Shown in pieces: positions 1 through 17,614 of a DNA stretch of 17,614 nt (positions within the stretch are counted from its first letter, which is position 1; each line of letters begins with the position of its first letter). The position numbers and the translations under genes are program-made. Source of the DNA: Salpingoeca rosetta (Eukaryota > Protista > Choanoflagellata); assembly GCA_033442325.1 (NCBI GenBank), contig JAWQFM010000011.1, positions 1,568,330 to 1,585,943 of the forward strand, read 5' to 3'. The notes under the pieces are model-generated. The model searched no databases. It saw only the letters and a program-made list of their open reading frames with translations, and was not told the DNA's origin.

Positions 1-7
1 CCTCCGA

Positions 8-73
8 TCAGACTGGCCCAAGAATGTTGTAAAAGAGGATCGTCCGAAAAAGAACTGCTTCGCCTGTTCGCAT
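8..73 (-). CDS. Possible terminal exon of the AP-4 beta gene (MRTGEAVLFRTILFYNILGPV*)
   Basis: Good acceptor (cttgcag|) at 74 and an upstream gtgagt donor at 160. Phase-0 joining gives 21 codons to TGA at 10-8. No recognisable homology, and the other frames are open to the window edge. Confidence 0.3.
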   Translation of the reverse strand: MRTGEAVLFRTILFYNILGPV

Positions 74-268
74 CTGCAAGCGTGTGTGTGTTGGTGTTTG
101 GGCACAAAGGTAGTGTGTGTGCGTGGGTTGGCTTGAATGAACAGGGATGTTTGCACTCACTGCCTACATTAGACCCACATTGAAAACCAAGACCAACACC
201 ATCTTCCCTCTCATACATATATGTGTGTGTGTGTTTGTGTGTGTGTGCGTGCGTGCGGGCGTGCGTAC

Positions 269-4828
<4,560 letters not shown>

Positions 4829-5037
4829 CTTGGTCTGGCGTCCAAACGATTGTTGGTGAATGTGACGCCTAATTTTCAGCAAGCGCATCGACGCAAAGGT
4901 GCAAGATGGCTGGCTGGTGTTTTGGTTTCCGTGGCGGGCGAGTGTTGTGGTGATGATCGATGCTCTCCCTCAGTGTGTGTGTGTGTGTGTGTGCGCGTGT
5001 GTCTGTGTCTGTGTCAGTGTGCGTGTGTGTGTGTGTG

Positions 5038-5113
<76 letters not shown>

Positions 5114-5228
5114 ACACTGCCTTCGTGTGATTTTGATGTGTGACAGCACGCCCGCCTCCCGCACATCCCCCTCCCCTTCTCACACTCAATGCACACACCC
5201 CTCGCCCCAAACACACACGCTTTTGAAG
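4829..5228. promoter_or_regulatory. Putative bidirectional promoter and 5' UTRs between AP4B1 and TTC39-like
   Basis: 400 bp between divergent ATGs (4828 minus, 5229 plus). Inferred from geometry only. Confidence 0.6.
5041..5112. repeat. (CTGT)18 tetranucleotide microsatellite
   Basis: Perfect 72-nt array preceded by an imperfect (GT)n tract at 4974-5040. Confidence 0.95.
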
Positions 5229-8798
<3,570 letters not shown>

Positions 8799-9155
8799 TG
8801 ATGATGGTGGTGGTGGCTGCTTCCCATTCTTTGTATTTTACTCTCCTTTGACTGTGCGTGTTGCCCCCTGCCCGCCCTCTTTTGTTTGTTCATAGGCAAC
8901 GCCCCTCCCCCTCACTCCTTTGTCACAGTCGAATGTGTGCACAATCCCTCGCGTGCGCGTGATTGCCTTGTTGCTATGCCATTCGTTCATTGTTCATTTC
9001 GCTCAAGCCAGCAGGCAAGCCAGCCAGCAATCAAAGTTGTTTGCTCTTTGCTCTATGTACACACAATTTAAACTGCATATGTGCCCAATTGCAAAACATG
9101 TACAAAGCCACTCGCGCGCGAGAAAGAAAGCACCGTAAACCCAGCGACGCGTGGG

Positions 9156-12527
<3,372 letters not shown>

Positions 12528-12656
12528 CCTGCTGCTGTCGGCACACCATCCACCACAACACACACACCCACTCCCACCCATCATCTCGTTCCTCGTTTCC
12601 GTTTTTGGACGACCCAAGTCCTGAACATTTACCGTATCTTCAATAAGTTTTCAGCA
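12528..12656. promoter_or_regulatory. Very compact putative bidirectional promoter between TMEM198-like and MED20-like
   Basis: 129 bp between the proposed divergent ATGs, microsatellite-free, with an AT-richer patch at 12625-12655. Confidence 0.55.
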
Positions 12657-13411
12657 ATGGCGGAACAGCACCACGGCAGGTTGGTTGGTTGGTGCAGTGA
12701 TGTGAGGACACAGCAGTGGAAGGGTGACAACGGATGTGAAGGTGACGGGGACGAGCCTCCCGTCTGTCTGGCTACCTGCCTGCCTGTCAGGCTGGCTGCT
12801 TGCACGATGACGTACTCGACTCACCCTGCACACGTGTATGCACATGCACATGCACACACCTCTGGATGCCATTGTTTTGTTCTCTCTCACACTCCCGCTG
12901 CTGACTTGTTTTGGATCCAGAATACACCTGGTGCCGCTTGGCGGGCGTGACCTGCTGCCATGGGCGCAGCTGCGCATCCGCGCCATGGGGCTGGAGAATG
13001 AGGAGTCGTGGTCCATGACTTGCAAGGCGTACTCCACCAAACAGGAACAGTGCAAGCGCTTCTGCGCCGTCACGCTCTCAGGTATATTGTGTGTGTGTAT
13101 GTATGTGTATGTGCGTGTATGTATGTGTATGTGCGTGTATGTATGTGTATGTGCGTGTATGTATGTGTATGTGCGTGTGTGCGTTTGTATGTGTATTTGA
13201 GTGCGTTTTTGGGGGATATGTGTTGCCGATGGATGTCCCTGTGTGTGACTTTCCTCTTTCTTGTCATCTCAAACACGATGCTTGCAACTGCGCTGTTCCT
13301 CCTTTCAGATGAAGCCGACAACATGTACGTGGCATCGCTGGGTGGAGAGGTGGCTCTTCTTGGCAAGGTGCGCGACACAACACCCCTTTCCCCACAACAC
13401 ACACACACACA

Positions 13412-13461
<50 letters not shown>

Positions 13462-14405
13462 CTCTCTCTCTATCTCTATCTCTGTGCTCAAAGAGTGATA
13501 TGCCTGAATAGTTCGTGAATAGCTCACCAATGCTCCGTTTTGCATGGACAGGGTTTCGACAACATTGTCAGTGCCATGACAGACGCGTACACAAACTTCA
13601 GAACCCTGAACATCGAGGTTGGATAAGCCGCTTGGATTGCACGATGGCAGACTTGTGCAGTCTGCGGGCACGTGAGCCTCACCATCTTTGCTCCTTTGCA
13701 ATCTGCCCAAGCACACGCTCATATATCCTCACGCATCTGCACCCACACACACACACACACACACATACATACACATATTCGCCTGCGCACATTGACGCGC
13801 ATACGCATATGCATGCGTCCACACTGCTCTTGGTACGTGTTCCTGTCCGTGTTACAGGGGTATCGAGCCGAGTCTGCCACAGCCCGGGCGTGGTTTGGTC
13901 TCATGTCCTTGCAGGCAAACCACAAGTTCCTGTATGTGGAGGTCGACTACAACGGAGAGCACGCGGAGATGAATGACTTTTGCCACACCTTGCTCGGCAT
14001 CCAAGTGGTCTGTGGAAAATGTGGTTGTATTCATGTGTGATTGTGTATGTGTGTAGGTGCGTTATTGTGATTGTGTGTGATTGTGATTGTGTGTGTGTGT
14101 GTGTGCGTGTGTAAATGTGTGTGGGTGTCTGTATGTATGCCTTGTTGCCCGTCTGTCTGTCTGTCATTCTGTCCATCTGTTTGTTCCCTCCGCTTGCCAT
14201 TTACATGGGCGCTGCGACTCGCTTGCTCCATCATGTCTTGCTGCTATCATTCACCTCTTTCTTCCGCACTGCCCTACCCCTTCAGGAGCGGCTGCGTGAC
14301 TACAGCTACACATCAAACCCGCACGGCGATCTATTGAGTGCGCAGTCGTGGCGCCGACGCATGAACACACTCGTCGCCCTCTTCCGCAGCGAAACCCTTT
14401 TCTGA
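12657..14405 (+). CDS. MED20: Mediator complex subunit 20-like protein (~191 aa), 6 exons
   Basis: Exons 12657-12679, 12921-13081, 13309-13367, 13552-13617, 13858-14004 (or 14007), 14286-14405. It is collinear with human MED20 as I recall it: RIRAMGLENEESWSMTCKAY ~ KLEMLGAEKQGTFCVDCETY; GFDNIVSAM...LNIEGYR ~ NFDVLMVKL...IETRGTR; LYVEVDY ~ ISVEVEY; MNTLVALFRS ~ MVQYMELFNK. Size is similar. The gene model is solid; the identity is by remote similarity. Confidence 0.72.
13101..13178. repeat. 20-bp minisatellite (GTATGTGTATGTGCGTGTAT)x4, intronic
   Basis: Three perfect copies plus one nearly complete copy in MED20 intron 2. Confidence 0.9.
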
Positions 14406-14435
14406 ATGCCGCTGCTCGGTGTGTGTGTGTGTGTA

Positions 14436-14477
<42 letters not shown>

Positions 14478-14778
14478 GTGTGTGGGTGGGTGGGTGGGTG
14501 GGTGGGTGAGTGTTCGTGTTTGTGTGTGTGTGCCCTGATGTGTCTCCTTTCGATGCGTTTGCACTGTCGGCTGTACCGACACATGGGTTTCCCTGCGTGC
14601 GTGCTGCATGTTGCGTGCGACTATTCTACTGTTACGTTGCATTACACCTCGTTTCCATTAACCATCGATCAAGCCTCAAAACACAAACAAGACAACCTAC
14701 ACCTACAGCTAGCGGAATGGCTACAGGCCAATCATTTCGAACCTTTTCTTGCACACATACACGCAGCACATCAACCAG

Positions 14779-14893
14779 CTATGCGCGAACTAANNNNNNN
14801 NNNNNNNNNNNNNNNNNNNNNNNNNNNNNNNNNNNNNNNNNNNNNNNNNNNNNNNNNNNNNNNNNNNNNNNNNNNNNNNNNNNNNNNNNNNNN

Positions 14894-14983
<90 letters not shown>

Positions 14984-15261
14984 CAGCAGCAACACCACCA
15001 CCACGATTGTCGTCGTCACCTGCGACTGCGAGTAGAAGTGGCGCATCCGGCGGCGAAATTCCCATCAGCGCAGACACATCCTCCTCGCTCGGCAACCTCG
15101 ATGGTGGTGGTGGTGGTGATGGTGGTGATGGTGGTGATGGTGATGCTGGAGAATGGGTGGCTGAGTTTGCTTCAATTGCAGCGAGCTGTGCACTGAACAA
15201 CTGACTCTGCGTGTGAATCATCTAAACAATCCAAGAGCAGTGGACACAATAACATCAAGTA

Positions 15262-15293
<32 letters not shown>

Positions 15294-17129
15294 GGTGTGT
15301 GTGTGGGTGGGTGTCAGCTGCAATCAGCAAGCGACGATCTTCAAGCAACGATCACCGCACCAAGTTCATGGCATCGACAAGTACGCGTGGCAGTGGTAGA
15401 TGAGCAACAAGCGTGCATAGAACAAGTCGAGGGCAGCCCAGGTCTCACACCACACACGAACCGTAAGGTGGTCTTCGATGTGCTCCAAGCACAGCGCGTG
15501 CGGCAGGCCCGTGTCCACAACAGCCTCAAACGCGTCGATCATTGACGCGACCAAAGGAGACGCTTGCACGCGCGTGCGAGATGCCACTGTGCCCGTGCGT
15601 GCAAGCGTGGCGCCACCACCAGCAGCGTCTGTGGCCACACCGAGCGAGGTCGGCGACGGCACAGCGCAAGTGGTGGCGGGCGCTGTTGTTGATGGTGGTG
15701 TGGAGCGTGGTGTGCTCGGTGCAAGCGGTGGCGCTGGTGTTGGTGGCACAAACTGGTCCGAATACGATGGTGGGAAGAGCGATGAGGAGGAAAGGCCGAT
15801 GGGCCAGTGCTGCACACATGCATCTGGTCGAACCGTCACCACCTCAACATCATTTCTGGATTATTGGGGGAGGGGGTTGTTAACCACAGCAACACAAGTG
15901 GTGAACACGTGTTAAGAATGGAGAAGGGAAGGTTCTGTGGTCACCCACACACGCACACACACACACGCACACGTGTAAAACACGCACAAAAAAGCGCACA
16001 CACGAACACACACAAACACACACACACACACGTGTAAAACACGCACAAAATAGCACACGCACATACACACACACACGAACACACGTCAAACACACACACA
16101 CGTAAAACACGCACAAACAGAGGACAAGCACGCACGTGTCTGTGTTGATGATGGCGCATGACGCAACAGACACGGGTTCGCCAAAGATTCCAAACCGAAC
16201 AAACGACCGCAACTCCTGCTCCTGTTGACACCAAACGCATGCACGCACACGAGCGCACAGTTAGCGAATGAACAGCCTGCGGTAACATGCAACCAGTGTG
16301 TGTGTGTGTGGTATACATGCGTGCAAACACGTGTGTACCAGGCTGGGCATGAAGTTTGGTCGTGGAAGCCCCTGCAACACCGCGCCCGTCACAAACGTGT
16401 GCGTGTATGTCAACTGCAGCGAGCGCCCCAGTGACCGCGTGAAGAGATGCTCCTTCTAATGGCGGGAGCGGATGGTATGATGACGAAGATGAGTGCTGCG
16501 CAATGACAGTGATGATGGTGGCACAGTGTCAATGATGATGATGATGGTGGTGTGGAGAGGGCAACAGACAGCAACACATGTACGCAAAGCAGGCTGAGCT
16601 TACATCGGGGCTTGCCCGCAGCGCCGCATGTGACATGGCCTGAAGACGTGACGACACAGCAGTGGACGACAGATCCGGGAACACACGCACACATTCGCTG
16701 GACCGGAGATCCACTTGCGTCATGTCCTTTGCACGAGGTTCACTGCCGGTCACAGAGCTGCCGTTGCACGCGCTCTCCTGACCACTCTTCAACTGCGCAC
16801 CACCGCAGCCACTGCTATTGTTGCTGTTGCTGCTGCTATTGCCATGGCGGCTGCTATCGGTTGTGGTGGTGGTGGCATGTGCTTCTTCTCCCAATACACC
16901 GTCTTCGCCGACATCCATGTCCTCACCATCACCACCACCACCACTGTCACCACCACCACCATCGCCCTGCTGCAGCTGTTGTTCCGTAACGAGTGCGTGC
17001 CCCTGCGGTGCGACGTTCAACTCAAACACTTCACTGCAACGAAGGAAATACGTGATGATGAACAGAAACTGTCGCACGCGCTCCGGATCCTGTCCAACCA
17101 CAATCGTCCGCGATATCCTGGCGTGTTGC

Positions 17130-17203
<74 letters not shown>

Positions 17204-17389
17204 TACTGACGTGAGGGCGTTGAAGGAGTGGGACAGTATGCGCGTTCGCACAAGCTTTCACAGCGCTTGCTTGCTTGTAGGCACAGGGCACACGGCTGTG
17301 TGCTGCAAACGAGACCTTGGTGGCGACGAGCACGTGCCGTAGAGATCTGTGAGCTGCGCCCACAGCGGATCGTATGGGTGTGCAGACGC
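14779..17389 (-). CDS. FNIP: Folliculin-interacting protein (FNIP1/2; yeast Lst4 family), C-terminal DENN portion; 5' part lies beyond the window
   Basis: Exons 17389-17316, 17117-16604, 16455-16339, 16221-16136, 15855-15462, 15206-15020 and probably 14789-14779. Diagnostic motifs in order: [30 protein letters not shown] (cf. [30 protein letters not shown]), [16 protein letters not shown]...[42 protein letters not shown]. Confidence 0.92.
14794..14893. other. Assembly gap (100 N, probably a placeholder of unknown size)
   Basis: Run of exactly 100 N next to a (CA)n array. Confidence 0.98.
15969..16118. repeat. Degenerate direct repeat, three copies of ACACG(TG)TAAAACACGCACAAA, intronic
   Basis: Copies near 15969, 16028 and 16098 embedded in CA-rich sequence. 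Confidence 0.7.
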
Positions 17390-17504
17390 CTGACGATGTG
17401 CACTCACTGCTCGAACGCGTGCATACACATACAAACACATGCATACACGTTGATTGGGGTAAGGTGAGGAGGCTAACGCAAGACAAGCAGTGCAATCACT
17501 CCCC

Positions 17505-17506
<2 letters not shown>

Positions 17507-17539
<33 letters not shown>

Positions 17540-17540
17540 C

Positions 17541-17585
<45 letters not shown>

Positions 17586-17614
17586 CAACACACACACACA
17601 CACACACACACACC
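17507..17614. repeat. (CA)n microsatellite in an FNIP intron, with a duplicated CAACAAC interruption
   Basis: Read directly to the window end. Confidence 0.9.

Noticed and set aside
14660-14793. Plus-strand peptide LAEWLQANHFEPFLAHI, superficially like the start of a SAM domain
   Set aside because: It lies in the short convergent 3' UTR region, has no start or supported exon structure, and runs into the FNIP end on the other strand. Probably chance.
15969-16118. Spaced direct repeats resembling a CRISPR array
   Set aside because: This is a eukaryotic intron with three degenerate CA-rich copies, low-complexity spacers and no cas genes.
17316-17345. Possible GC donor after DLYG in FNIP
   Set aside because: The canonical GT donor at 17315 gives the correct phase and a gap-free match to the FNIP motif.

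Overview
Intron-rich, microsatellite-saturated eukaryotic DNA. (GT/AC)n-filled short introns, GC-rich exons and animal-like genes point to a choanoflagellate such as Salpingoeca rosetta (inference). Most ORFs in the track are repeat artefacts. Manual splicing with GT..AG junctions and consistent phases gives five genes in strictly alternating orientation. (1) AP-4 adaptor beta subunit (AP4B1), minus, ATG 4828, with exon(s) lost in an N-gap and an unresolved 3' end. (2) TTC39/IML2-family TPR protein, plus, 5229-8798, with a polyQ tail. (3) TMEM198/TM7SF3 (DUF4203)-like membrane protein, minus, 12527-9156, ending in an acidic dileucine motif. (4) A divergent Mediator subunit MED20-like gene, plus, 12657-14405. 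(5) The 3' part of a folliculin-interacting protein (FNIP/Lst4) gene, minus, ~14779 to the window end. There are two assembly gaps and no RNA genes, transposons or CRISPR arrays. Family calls rest on remembered motifs, not database searches. The most interesting signals concern splicing: introns with complementary GU-rich and AC-rich halves and no U-rich tract, a stop-free 3n intron carrying (CAA)45, a candidate 3-nt microexon, and a terminal intron whose retention would delete a sorting signal.
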